Assembly (NCBI GenBank): GCA_027623195.1
Contig: JAQBUT010000009.1
Span: forward strand, 26,528 to 90,527
Direction: 5' to 3'
Source: Chloroflexota bacterium
Lineage (GTDB): Bacteria; Chloroflexota; Dehalococcoidia; Lucifugimonadales; JADFKI01
DNA length: 64,000 bases
How positions within the stretch are numbered: the first letter of the stretch is position 1; each line of letters begins with the position of its first letter. The notes beneath the pieces are model-generated. The model worked only from the letters and a program-made list of their open reading frames with translations. It ran no database searches and was not told the origin of the DNA. The position numbers were made by a program, and so were the translations under genes. This document shows positions 1-9,445 of this stretch, piece after piece.

Positions 1-69
1 GAACGTCTCCATAGTGGGTGGGTTTGCGACGTTAATCATGCTAACTTTTCGCCTCCAGAGTTTTGTCAG

Positions 70-1203
70 TTATCCCGCTATGGTCACTCCGATGATGCTA
101 CCGATGACAAAAGTGACCGCAGCGGCTGCCCCTCCGGCTAGCAACATTCTTATCGCACCGTAGTACATGCTCCTGCCTGACGCCAGGGCCAATGTCCCAC
201 CCACCAGGGCCAACGCTATCACGCTAAGCACGGCGCTCAAGACGAAGGCCAGTGACCCGAGATGGAATATGTATGGGATTATGGGAACAATGGCACCTCC
301 CACAAAGGCCGTAAATGAGCTTATTGCCGCACCCCATGGAGAGCCAAGGTCCTGGGGGTCCAAACCCAGTTCCTCGCGTGCCATAGTATCCAACGCCACC
401 TGGGGGTTGGTCATTATTCGCCCCGCTACCCGCTTGGCCTCCTCTTCCGAAAGCCCCTTCGCCTGGTAGATTAGTACCAGCTCCTCCTCTTCCTCTTCTG
501 GGAACTCCTCCAGTTCCGCAGCCTCAATGTCGATCTGATATTCGTACACGTCGCGCTGGGAGCGAACTGAAACGTACTCACCGGCTGCCATCGAAAAAGC
601 TCCGGCCAAAAGTCCGGCGACGCCCGCCAACAAGATAAAGCTGGCCTGATCGGTGCCGCCTGCTACTCCCATGACCAGACCGAAGTTGGAAACCAGCCCA
701 TCGTTTACGCCTAGCACAGCGGCCCTCAGGCTTCCACCGGATCCGCTGAACCTGTGCCAGCGTTCACCTCGGAGGGCCTCCATAGGGTCCACCCCAGCCG
801 CCATCTGACGCAAAGCCCTGGCATGTCTTCGCTCCTCAGTTGCGAAGTCCTTGGCCTCCGGGTCGGAAGCGTATGCCGCAACGTCCTTGGCTTCTCCTCG
901 AAGGAGCCAAGGGATCACTCTTGAGGTGCCGAACATGCTGGCGCCTTTTCTGTAGAGGCCCAGCTTTAGGCCGCCACCTGAAGGCTGCAACTGCGACAGG
1001 TCCAAGCCCAGCTTCTCAGCCCAACGTGAGGCGTGGCGCATTTCAGCTTCAACCAATTTGCCGAAAACCTCGGCCTTGGCGGCATCAGGCTCCACCTCAG
1101 CCATAGCGCGATACATTGCGGCGGCCTCTAGCTCTGCTTCCAGGTAATCGCGGTACTGCTTTAAACGCTTTGGGCTTGGGGTAATATCAGGTGATTCAAC
1201 CAA
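70..1203 (-). CDS. Rubrerythrin/ferritin-like domain fused to VIT1/CCC1 transporter (MbfA-like iron exporter)
   Basis: N-terminal di-iron motifs (EAELEA..Y, EMRH, EERRH); VIT1 signature RAAVLGVNDGLVS and SMAAGEYVS; TTG start with GAGGAG RBS. Confidence 0.9.
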   Translation of the reverse strand: MVESPDITPSPKRLKQYRDYLEAELEAAAMYRAMAEVEPDAAKAEVFGKLVEAEMRHASRWAEKLGLDLSQLQPSGGGLKLGLYRKGASMFGTSRVIPWLLRGEAKDVAAYASDPEAKDFATEERRHARALRQMAAGVDPMEALRGERWHRFSGSGGSLRAAVLGVNDGLVSNFGLVMGVAGGTDQASFILLAGVAGLLAGAFSMAAGEYVSVRSQRDVYEYQIDIEAAELEEFPEEEEEELVLIYQAKGLSEEEAKRVAGRIMTNPQVALDTMAREELGLDPQDLGSPWGAAISSFTAFVGGAIVPIIPYIFHLGSLAFVLSAVLSVIALALVGGTLALASGRSMYYGAIRMLLAGGAAAAVTFVIGSIIGVTIAG

Positions 1204-1326
1204 TGGTTTAGTCGCGCTCCTCTAAGTGCTCGGCCTAGAGAAATATAGCACGAAACCACTGGTCAAGTAACGGTTGAGGAGCTTCTCCGCGGTAGGGTAT
1301 TTTACTAATATCAGAGCAAGGGGAGG

Positions 1327-1698
1327 CTATCGCGGAGCCGCCAGGACCTCCGAAACAGTTTCCACAAAATGACCCATGTCGAATGGCTTGGCAAGGAATT
1401 TTGCAATTCGATTATCTCGAATTTGGGCTCTGGTTACCCGGGTGGAGGATATCACGATTACTTTAAACTCTTCAGACTCGTCCTGATGCGAGGCGTTGCG
1501 GATATCGTTTAGCAGTCCCCAACCTGTGCCGTCCGGCAATTCAAGGTCCAGCACCAACAGCGCCGGGATTTCACTTGATGCCAGACTGAAGCCCTCCGCA
1601 CAGGTTTCCGCCGATTTTACACAGAAACCATTAGCTGTTAAGGCCGCCTGGATAGCCCTATTAACCGAGCTATCGTCTTCGACAACAAGTATCGACAT
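1327..1698 (-). CDS. Single-domain response regulator (receiver)
   Basis: ILVVEDD, VLDLELPD and AKPF receiver motifs; no output domain; start set at MSIL. Confidence 0.85.
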   Translation of the reverse strand: MSILVVEDDSSVNRAIQAALTANGFCVKSAETCAEGFSLASSEIPALLVLDLELPDGTGWGLLNDIRNASHQDESEEFKVIVISSTRVTRAQIRDNRIAKFLAKPFDMGHFVETVSEVLAAPR

Positions 1699-1775
1699 CG
1701 CGCACATTTTCAAGTTCACCCCAACGCAGACCGAACAATTTTCAACATTCATGATTGAATATTGAATCAGGATAC

Positions 1776-1821
1776 GTGAGAATCGCGTGATTATTCGGCG
1801 GACTCTGTGAGGAAATTGTGA
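1776..1821 (-). promoter_or_regulatory. Putative OmpR-type tandem direct-repeat operator pair
   Basis: Minus strand TCACAATTTCCTCACA (1821-1806) and TCACGCGATTCTCAC (1790-1776), 31 bp apart; same arrangement at 4246-4291. Confidence 0.55.
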
Positions 1822-1833
1822 AGGATACCAGCC

Positions 1834-2532
1834 CTAGACAAAAAGTCGGTAACCCATACCTGGCTGAGTCAGTATAAGCTCAGGTCGGGACGGATTGGCC
1901 TCTAGTTTTCGTCTTAGCTGCTTGATGAAGGTACGCAGGTACTCTGTCTCTTCGCCATATTCAGGCCCCCACACTTCGCGCAAAAGCTCTCGGTGAGTAA
2001 GCACCTTGCCGGCGTTAATGGTTAGAAATCGGAGCAGTTCGTATTCGGTACGAGTCAAGGATATTTCGCTACCATCCTTGAAAACCGTGCGGTGCGCCAG
2101 ATCGATGTTGACATTGCCCGCCTGCACCACTGCCTCATCTCGGCCGATGCTACCTGAGGCCTGGGCAAACCTACGCAAAGCAGAACGCACTCTGGCCAGT
2201 AGCTCTTGGATTCCAAATGGCTTAGTGAGGTAATCGTCAGCACCCAGGTCCAGGGCCTGTACCTTTTTCGTCTCCTCGTCAGTGGCTGAAAGGTTTATGA
2301 TTGATCCATCGAACCACTCCCTCAGACGAGCCAAGGCCTGGATGCCATCCATGACAGGCATGGACAGGTCCAAAAGGATCAGATTGGGACTCCACTCAGC
2401 GGCCTTGTCCAGGCACTCCTGCCCATCCATGGCCGTCTCAACGGTGTAGCTTTCCGTCCTTAGCTGTCGGGCCACAAAGGCCAATAGCTTGGTGTCGTCA
2501 TCCACGATCAGTATTTTGGCTGCGCCGCTCAT
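1834..2532 (-). CDS. OmpR/KdpE-family DNA-binding response regulator
   Basis: ILIVDDD, LLDLSMP, GADDYLTKPF, winged helix LTRTEY...YLRTFIKQLRRKLE...GMGYR; ATG overlaps the kinase stop. Confidence 0.93.
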   Translation of the reverse strand: MSGAAKILIVDDDTKLLAFVARQLRTESYTVETAMDGQECLDKAAEWSPNLILLDLSMPVMDGIQALARLREWFDGSIINLSATDEETKKVQALDLGADDYLTKPFGIQELLARVRSALRRFAQASGSIGRDEAVVQAGNVNIDLAHRTVFKDGSEISLTRTEYELLRFLTINAGKVLTHRELLREVWGPEYGEETEYLRTFIKQLRRKLEANPSRPELILTQPGMGYRLFV

Positions 2533-4097
2533 ATTCCCACGCTCACGACGGACGCTGGAATGCTGAAATGAAAGGTGGATCCTTCGCCAGGTTTGCTTTC
2601 CACCCAAATCCTGCCTTCATGCGCCTCTATGATTGACCTGCAAATGGCAAGTCCCAAACCCGAACCGGGCCTTCCACGACCCCGTTGCGTGGTAACCCGA
2701 TAGAACTTGTCGAATATCTTATCAATTTCGTCATCAGGTATGCCAATGCCCGAGTCTTTGACATCGGTAATGATGTTGGCACCATTATCCTCGTGCAAGT
2801 AGGACTTGATTGAAATTTCAGTACCTTGAGACGAATACTTGGAGGCGTTACTAAGAAGATTGGTGATCACACGACCAATCTGGTCGTAGTCGGCGTAAAC
2901 CTCCGGCAATTCCAGGGGTACATCAACATTGATTCGTTGTTGCCCGCCAAGTCTAGACCTATTAAAGCGCCTGATGGACTCTTCCGTAATGTCCGCGAGA
3001 TGGCAGATCTCGGGGTCCATAGGCATTGCGTTAGCCTCAATCCGCGACATGTCGACCAGGTTCCCTACCAGCTCAGTCATTCGGTCGGCCTCCTCGTCTA
3101 TGGAGGCCAGGTACTCTAGTATCGTCTCGATATCTCTAGGGCCGTGCTCCAGTAGCAACGCGCTGGCCATGCTTTTGATACCAGACAGCGGACCCTTAAG
3201 GTCATGGCTAACCATGGAAAGAAACTCCGCCTTCACACGTTCAACCTCTTGCAGGGCCGTAATGTCTTCGAATATGGCGATGGCAGCGGAAATCTCTCCG
3301 TCTTCTCCGTACACAGGAGCAGCGTTTACTAACGTTGGTATTTCACGGCCGTCGGGAAGGTTGAAGATAACCTCAACGCCACGGGAGACGGTCCCGTCTC
3401 TCAGGGCCTGCTGCAGAGGGAGTTCAGATGTGTCGTAAACACTCCCATCCGGCTTTCTGTAAACCACAGTTCGCTCGTACTCATCCCGGCTCTCTCCAGC
3501 CTGAAGAGGTCTGCCCATTATTCTGGTGGTTTCGCTGTTTGAAAGAACGACCCGGCCATCTCGTGCATCCGCAACGATGACTGCGGAGGCTGAGCTTTCT
3601 ATCATTGCCCGGATACGTCCACGCTCCTCCTCCGCTTCCATACGAAGGCGGTCGTTTTCTAGAGCCGTTGCGGCATATTGGGCAAATGCCTCAACCACGG
3701 TCTGGTCGTGTTCGTCAAATTCTTTTTTACCACTTTTGTTGGTGAGGTAAAGATTCCCAAGAACTCCGCTCTCCCCAACAATTGGCACCCCCAACATGGA
3801 GTCCATAGGAGGATGATTTGGCGGGAAGCCTATGGAGCGCGGGTCACGCAGAATATCGGGAATGCGAATTGGTTTGCCTTACGCGTGAAGGGCACCCAAA
3901 AGGCCCTTACCCACAGGCAAGTCCCCTATGGCTTTTCGCGCCTCATCAGAAATACCTGATGTGATGAATTTCAACACGCGACCGTCATCGCCCATGATGG
4001 CCAAAGCAGAGTATTCAGCGTCTACCAGTTGCCTGGCCAGATGAGGAATAGACTCCAACACATCCCCTGGTATGAACAATTCCTTATCGTTTGGCAT
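2529..4097 (-). pseudogene. GAF(DosS-like heme)-PAS-HisKA-HATPase sensor kinase with an in-frame TAA at 3881-3879
   Basis: ORFs 3879-4097 and 2529-3806 share a frame; the intervening codons read *GKPIRIPDILRDPRSIGFPPNHPP-MDSMLGVP; H-box SHDLKGPL, N-box NLLSNA, GSGLGL. Confidence 0.85.
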
Positions 4098-4245
4098 TCT
4101 CTTTCCATGGAGTTTTGGGTTAACAGCCGAGGGTTAATTCATGGTATCTACCTGCTCCGATAGGCCTGGCCCCACCGCAACAAGAAGATATTTTACTCAG
4201 CAATTGTACCAGAGCATTAACTGAGATTTTATTGCCTAACGGTAC

Positions 4246-4291
4246 TCACATAATCCTCATTTGTTATTCGTCCAAATCACAACTTCCTCAT
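4246..4291 (+). promoter_or_regulatory. Putative OmpR-type tandem direct-repeat operator pair
   Basis: TCACATAATCCTCAT (4246-4260) and TCACAACTTCCTCAT (4277-4291), 31 bp apart, upstream of the DoxX gene. Confidence 0.6.
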
Positions 4292-4387
4292 GCTTTGTGA
4301 ATTAAAGTACAGATGCGGGATCAAAAGAGAATAAAAGGAAACCCAACCGCAAACCTCATCAGCGTATCACCCTTAAGGAGGCTCGTC

Positions 4388-4978
4388 ATGGCTGCTATTA
4401 TCGAACGGCGACACGTAACAGAGATGGAAACTATAGCTGGCGCTAGAACAGACGTAGTAGCGGAGGCGGAACGCATTGTTGGCAAGACCGGACGCCTGGA
4501 GGGGTACGTGTGGGGCACGTTGAGACTGGGAATGGGTTGGATCTTCTTCTGGGCCTTCATCGACAAGTTGTTCGGGCTAGGATTCACCACAGCGGCTAAA
4601 GATGCATGGCTGGCCGGCGGCTCTCCCACATATGGCTTCCTGGCCTTTGGCACCAAGGGACCGTTCGCTGCCATGTACGCGGCAATAGCCGGTAACGTCG
4701 TAGTGGACTGGCTGTTCATGCTTGGCCTGGTCTTCGTAGGCATTACGTTGCTGCTGGGGCTGAGCGTGAAACTGGGAGCGTACACAGGGGGCCTAATGCT
4801 GGCGCTTATGTACACGGCTGGCTTCATCCTACCTGAGCACAACCCTTTCTTGGATGAGCACATCGTCTACGCCGTCATCATGATTGGTCTGGCTGCGGCT
4901 GGCGCAGGCCGCACCATGGGTCTCGGTCGCTGGTGGGCGGAAACACCGATGGTCCGCCGTTACCCAATACTGGAATAG
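4388..4978 (+). CDS. DoxX/DoxD-family membrane protein
   Basis: LRLGMGWIFFWAFIDKLFGLGF, W..GGSPT.GFL, HNPFLDEH, GLGRWW; AAGGAGG RBS before ATG 4388. Confidence 0.88.
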   Translation: MAAIIERRHVTEMETIAGARTDVVAEAERIVGKTGRLEGYVWGTLRLGMGWIFFWAFIDKLFGLGFTTAAKDAWLAGGSPTYGFLAFGTKGPFAAMYAAIAGNVVVDWLFMLGLVFVGITLLLGLSVKLGAYTGGLMLALMYTAGFILPEHNPFLDEHIVYAVIMIGLAAAGAGRTMGLGRWWAETPMVRRYPILE

Positions 4979-5017
4979 TTGAGACTGAATCCAGAACTGA
5001 CCGACGACCAGTAAAGT

Positions 5018-5052
5018 AGAAGGGCTTCTCATACCGAGAGGCCCTTCTTTTT
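5018..5052 (+). terminator. Intrinsic terminator
   Basis: AGAAGGGCTTCTC/GAGAGGCCCTTCT stem followed by a T-run. Confidence 0.8.
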
Positions 5053-5224
5053 GATATCAGTTAACAGGGACTTGGAACATTGAACAAAATGTCGCAATCA
5101 TGCTCGTGGCTTCAAGTGCTCACCATACACGCAGTTATTAAAAATTCCGTTCGTCTCTGCGGTGTATGGAAGAACTATGCGCCCAGATTTAAGGCCCTTG
5201 TTCGAATCTTAGGTTAGGCTCAAA

Positions 5225-6076
5225 TCAAGCATTAGCCAACCGTCGGCGAATTTCCTTCAGCCTGTCAAGGTTGGCTTTGTCTGGCCCCTTCTTGTCCTCG
5301 CCAGGCACCTCCAGCAAGAAGGGTACGCGCTGGAAAGCCGAGTGCGCCATGATGGTCTCGAATCCGGCTATACCGATATGCCCTTCCCCTATGTTCTCGT
5401 GGCGGTCCACCCCTGAAGCGAACTCGACCTTCGCGTCGTTGGCGTGAACCACGACGAGGCGGTCCAGTCCAATCTCCTTGTCGAACTCGGCCATAGCACC
5501 CTCTATGCCGTCGGGATCGGCTATGTTGTACCCCGCTGCGAAAGCGTGTTCCGTATCAAGGCATATCTTCAGTCGTGGGTTGTCGATAGCCTTCATCAAC
5601 CGACCCAGTTCCGCGAACGAGGCCCCGATTTGGGCGCCCATCCCCGCACAGTTTTCTATGATTAGCTGAACATCTGGCGGGCTGCCTGCCAGAACCCGAG
5701 TAAGAGCGTCTGCGGCCTGGTCTAGCACAGCGTCGAAGCCTACGCCCTTGTGGCTCCCAGAGTGAAATATAACGCCCTCAGCGCCAATCTGTCCCGCCGC
5801 GTGCATGGTCTGCCCCAGTGCGATGACCGATTTCTCCACCAACTCCGGGGTGCCCCCGATGTTAACGAGATACAAACCGTGAATAAAGGTCGACTTTATG
5901 CCTGCCTCTTCCACACCCTCTCGAAAGGCCAGAACCTGGTTCTCGGCCAGGGCCTTGAAAGCCCACGCCCTGGGTGACGAAGCGAAAATCTGAATGGTCT
6001 CCGCGCCGATTTCCTGCGCCCTCTCTACGGCCTTCGAGATGCCGCCTGCGGTGGAAACGTGCGCTCCCAAATCCAT
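5225..6076 (-). CDS. nfo: Endonuclease IV (AP endonuclease family 2)
   Basis: GAHVSTAGG, H..YLVN, FHSGS, CLDTEH, HAND, DRHENIGEG. Confidence 0.95.
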   Translation of the reverse strand: MDLGAHVSTAGGISKAVERAQEIGAETIQIFASSPRAWAFKALAENQVLAFREGVEEAGIKSTFIHGLYLVNIGGTPELVEKSVIALGQTMHAAGQIGAEGVIFHSGSHKGVGFDAVLDQAADALTRVLAGSPPDVQLIIENCAGMGAQIGASFAELGRLMKAIDNPRLKICLDTEHAFAAGYNIADPDGIEGAMAEFDKEIGLDRLVVVHANDAKVEFASGVDRHENIGEGHIGIAGFETIMAHSAFQRVPFLLEVPGEDKKGPDKANLDRLKEIRRRLANA

Positions 6077-6470
6077 AACGTATCTCCTCGGTCATACTGT
6101 TGTTGAGTTGAGGACAAATTATATGCCCTTAACAATCTCAAAGCCAATCAAGGTATTGCTGATCCATGCTCCTCAGGCTTTAGTTCTGATGTTGTAAGCC
6201 TGAAAATCCGGTCGGCGTTCTGTTATTCTTTATACTAAGAGGACTCGCACAAAGGGCGCCAAATCTGAGCGCATTTGCCTTCGATCCGCCACTGCAGATG
6301 CGAACGGAATATTCATATCAACCCGCCGAGGCGGGTCGTAAGCCCGTCGAGCCATACCCCTCAAAACGACTAGTTGCACAACGCAACCTTAAAGCTACGA
6401 CACCAAATTTTGATGCCAAACCTTGATTTGGCAATCAGCGAAAAATAAATATCAAGGGAGTTATGCCTAA

Positions 6471-7370
6471 ATGACAATAAAGACAATTGCTATCTACAGC
6501 CCCGGTGACATGGGGTCTGGCGTAGGACGGGTTCTCGTAGAGAACGGATACGACGTGATCACATCACTGGAGGGCCGCAGCACTCGGACCGCGGAATTGG
6601 CAAAGTCCTCCAGTATTCGCGACGTCGGTAGCATCGACAACATGGTGAAGGAGGCCGACCTCATCCTGTGCATCATGGTTCCCGCGCAGGCAGTGGGCGC
6701 TGCCGATATCGTAGCCGCCTCGATGCAGTCCACTGGCGTATCGACGTACTACGCCGACTGCAATGCGGTTTCACCCAAGACCACACGAGCCATCGGCGAT
6801 GCCATATCCAGCGCAGGCGGAAGGTTCATCGACGGCGGCATCATTGGCGGCTCTCCCAACCGGGGCGAGGCTCCCAGGTTCTACGTCTCCGGGCCAAACG
6901 CTTCTTTCATGAACGATCTGGATGGCAAGGGAATCGCAGTCCGAGACATGGGCGGCGAGATTGGACACGGCTCCGGCATCAAGATGTGCTACGCCGCTCT
7001 GACCAAAGGCACCTCCACATTGCAGATAGCCCTGCTGGCGGCCGCCGAGGCCATGGGCCTATCCGACCAGTTGCGTGCCGAATTTGAGAGCAGCCAGCCC
7101 AACGCCCTGAAGCAGATGGACACTGGTATATCCCGGCTTCCGCCCAACGCGCACCGGTGGATCGGCGAAATGGAAGAGATATCGGCTACATTTGAGCAGG
7201 TTGGCGTATCGCCGTTCTTCCATAAAGGCGCAGCGGATATATATCGACTGCTAAGTCAGACCTCATTCGCATCAGAAACGCCCGAATCGGGGGACAAGAA
7301 CAGGCCCACTAGCGAAACCATCAAGGCAGTTGTCGAGATAATTAACGCTGGCGTAGCGACCGGAGACTAG
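6471..7370 (+). CDS. NAD(P)-dependent beta-hydroxyacid dehydrogenase family protein (DUF1932-type C-terminus)
   Basis: SPGDMG Rossmann motif, DCNAVSP, KMCYAALTKG, RWIGEMEEI. Confidence 0.8.
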   Translation: MTIKTIAIYSPGDMGSGVGRVLVENGYDVITSLEGRSTRTAELAKSSSIRDVGSIDNMVKEADLILCIMVPAQAVGAADIVAASMQSTGVSTYYADCNAVSPKTTRAIGDAISSAGGRFIDGGIIGGSPNRGEAPRFYVSGPNASFMNDLDGKGIAVRDMGGEIGHGSGIKMCYAALTKGTSTLQIALLAAAEAMGLSDQLRAEFESSQPNALKQMDTGISRLPPNAHRWIGEMEEISATFEQVGVSPFFHKGAADIYRLLSQTSFASETPESGDKNRPTSETIKAVVEIINAGVATGD

Positions 7371-7379
7371 TCCCAGCAC

Positions 7380-8420
7380 ATGAAGGCTCTCTATTTAGAA
7401 GCACCAGGAGAAGAACCCGACCTCAAGATTCGGGACGTCCCTCTACCTGAAATCAGGGAGAGGGACGCGCTGGTCCGCGTGGCTGCGTGCGGTCTGTGTC
7501 ACCACGACGTGGCCGTGATGTCCGGTATGCTGCGGAGGGGCGTGCGCCCGGAAATAATCCTGGGTCATGAAATTTCCGGGGTAGTGCAACAGGTTGGAGG
7601 GTCGGTGCAGTCCCTTCAGGAGGGCGACCGAGTCGTTGCCACACTGACGGCTTTTTGCGGTGAATGCGACCGCTGTTTGAGCGGACTACAGTATCGCTGC
7701 AGACAAGGCCAAGGCATAGGCCACGCCATAAGCGGCGGCTTCGCCCAATACGTTGCCCTGCCGGCCACCTCGCTCCTCCCAGTGCCGGATGGCGTGGACA
7801 TTGTTGAGGCTTGCGTCGCAGCATGTCCCGTCGGTGTAACCATTCAGGCCATATCCGAAGTTGCCAGGGTAAAACCCGGCGAGACCGTTCTGGTGGTGGG
7901 CGCTGGCGGCGGGTTAGGGGCTCATGCGCTGCAGGTCGCGGCAACCCAGGGCGCTCGAGTAATCGGCGTAACAACCTCCCCGGGTAAGATGCAGGCCATC
8001 GAGGCATTGGGAAACGTAGAGGTCATTCTTTCCACAGAGGACCTGGACTTCTCGGAGATCGCAATGGCGCTGACGGGCGATGAGGGTGCGGACGTTGTGC
8101 TGAACACGGTGGGCTCAGCGGTATTCAATTCGTGCCTGGCAAGTCTTTCACAATTCGGCCGCATGGTTGTAATGGGAGAGGTTACCGGAGCCAGGGCCAA
8201 TTTCAATCTGACTGATGTGCTGTTTCGTGACGCGACGATAGCAGGCTCCACCGGTACATCGCCAAGTAACATCGCCAGGGCGTTGGGCATGATGTCCACG
8301 GGCGGTGTGAAGCCGATCATTCACGAACGTATGAATCTAGCGAATGCTGCGGAAGGTTTCAGGCTTGTCAGGTCTAGAAACGCCTTCGGTAGAATCGTAC
8401 TCATTCCTCCACAAGCGTAA
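7380..8420 (+). CDS. Zinc-binding alcohol dehydrogenase (MDR family)
   Basis: CGLCHHD, GHE, structural Zn CGECDRC..C, GAGGGLG. Confidence 0.92.
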   Translation: MKALYLEAPGEEPDLKIRDVPLPEIRERDALVRVAACGLCHHDVAVMSGMLRRGVRPEIILGHEISGVVQQVGGSVQSLQEGDRVVATLTAFCGECDRCLSGLQYRCRQGQGIGHAISGGFAQYVALPATSLLPVPDGVDIVEACVAACPVGVTIQAISEVARVKPGETVLVVGAGGGLGAHALQVAATQGARVIGVTTSPGKMQAIEALGNVEVILSTEDLDFSEIAMALTGDEGADVVLNTVGSAVFNSCLASLSQFGRMVVMGEVTGARANFNLTDVLFRDATIAGSTGTSPSNIARALGMMSTGGVKPIIHERMNLANAAEGFRLVRSRNAFGRIVLIPPQA

Positions 8421-8450
8421 CCTGAAATGGCGATAAACCGTATTGAATAA

Positions 8451-8489
8451 AAAGGGGCCTCTCGCTGTTGTTAAGCGAGAGGCCCCTTT
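8451..8489. terminator. Bidirectional intrinsic terminator
   Basis: AAAGGGGCCTCTCGCT/AGCGAGAGGCCCCTTT between convergent genes. Confidence 0.85.
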
Positions 8490-8509
8490 GAATATCTCAA
8501 AGGTTTTTA

Positions 8510-9442
8510 TTAGACGGAAGCGGCAGACCTGCCTGGCGAACGCACTCTTCGGAACAACCGACCGATGTCCCCAGAATCCCAGGTCGCAAGCACTTGACTG
8601 GCAATGGCCACGGAGCTGTAGGTTCCGGCCACCACCCCTATAAGCAGCACCAGCAGGAAAGAACGTATAGTCACGCCTCCGAACAGGAACAGTGCCATTA
8701 GCGTCACCAACAACGTCAGGCTGGTATTCAGGGACCGTCCAAGCGTTTCCGAGATGCTGACGTTAATGTTGTCGCTGAACCTCCGATTGGGGAAATTTAT
8801 GACGTTCTCCCTCAGCCTATCGAACACCACGATGGTGTCGTTAACGCTGTAGCCGATAACCGTCAGGACGGCAATGAGGAACATCGTGTTCACTTCCGTG
8901 CCTAACAAATTGCCAAGTATGGCGAATATCCCGACGACGATAATGGTGTCGTGCAGCAGGGCCACGATGGCAGCAACGCCATATCGGAACGGGCTAGGGA
9001 CACTACGGAACGCCCACCACAAATAAACAAAGATACCCACGGTGGCGGCAAGAACAGCGTATATGCCGTTCAGAATAGTCTCCTGAGCTATGGCGGGCGA
9101 AACCAGGTCGAAAGACAGCACGTTAACACCGTCCGGCGACAGCTTCGCCTCCAGGGCATTCGCTATCGCAGTTTTGTCGGCCTCTGTTAACTCTGGCATG
9201 CGTACGAAGAAGGTATCCTCACCAAAGGACTGAACAGAAGCGTCCGGATACCCCTCCAGCGTAAGCTCATCCCTCAATTGCTGCTGTGTCACCGTGTTGG
9301 AGAATCCCAGCGTGAGGGTAGAGCCTCCGGTGAAGTCAATGCCCGGCCTTAGGCCGGGGGATATGATCAGAAACACGATTCCTGGCAATATCACCAGAAA
9401 GGAAACCAGGAAGAACCAGTTTCTCTTGCCAACGAAATTCAA
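8510..9442 (-). CDS. secF: Protein translocase subunit SecF
   Basis: GIDFTGG, ALLHD, GYSVNDTIVVFDRLREN, RSLNTSLT. Confidence 0.96.
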   Translation of the reverse strand: MNFVGKRNWFFLVSFLVILPGIVFLIISPGLRPGIDFTGGSTLTLGFSNTVTQQQLRDELTLEGYPDASVQSFGEDTFFVRMPELTEADKTAIANALEAKLSPDGVNVLSFDLVSPAIAQETILNGIYAVLAATVGIFVYLWWAFRSVPSPFRYGVAAIVALLHDTIIVVGIFAILGNLLGTEVNTMFLIAVLTVIGYSVNDTIVVFDRLRENVINFPNRRFSDNINVSISETLGRSLNTSLTLLVTLMALFLFGGVTIRSFLLVLLIGVVAGTYSSVAIASQVLATWDSGDIGRLFRRVRSPGRSAASV

Positions 9443-9445
9443 TTT

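Noticed and set aside
3879..3881. Selenocysteine/pyrrolysine recoding
   Set aside because: The codon is TAA, not TGA or TAG, and TAA terminates many other genes in this window.
3879..4097. 72-aa ORF as an independent gene
   Set aside because: It is the in-frame N-terminus of the kinase.
5195..5215. GTTCGAATC tRNA T-arm-like motif
   Set aside because: No cloverleaf or acceptor stem around it.
6285..6300. GCCACTG cobalamin-riboswitch-like motif
   Set aside because: Other conserved B12-box elements are absent.
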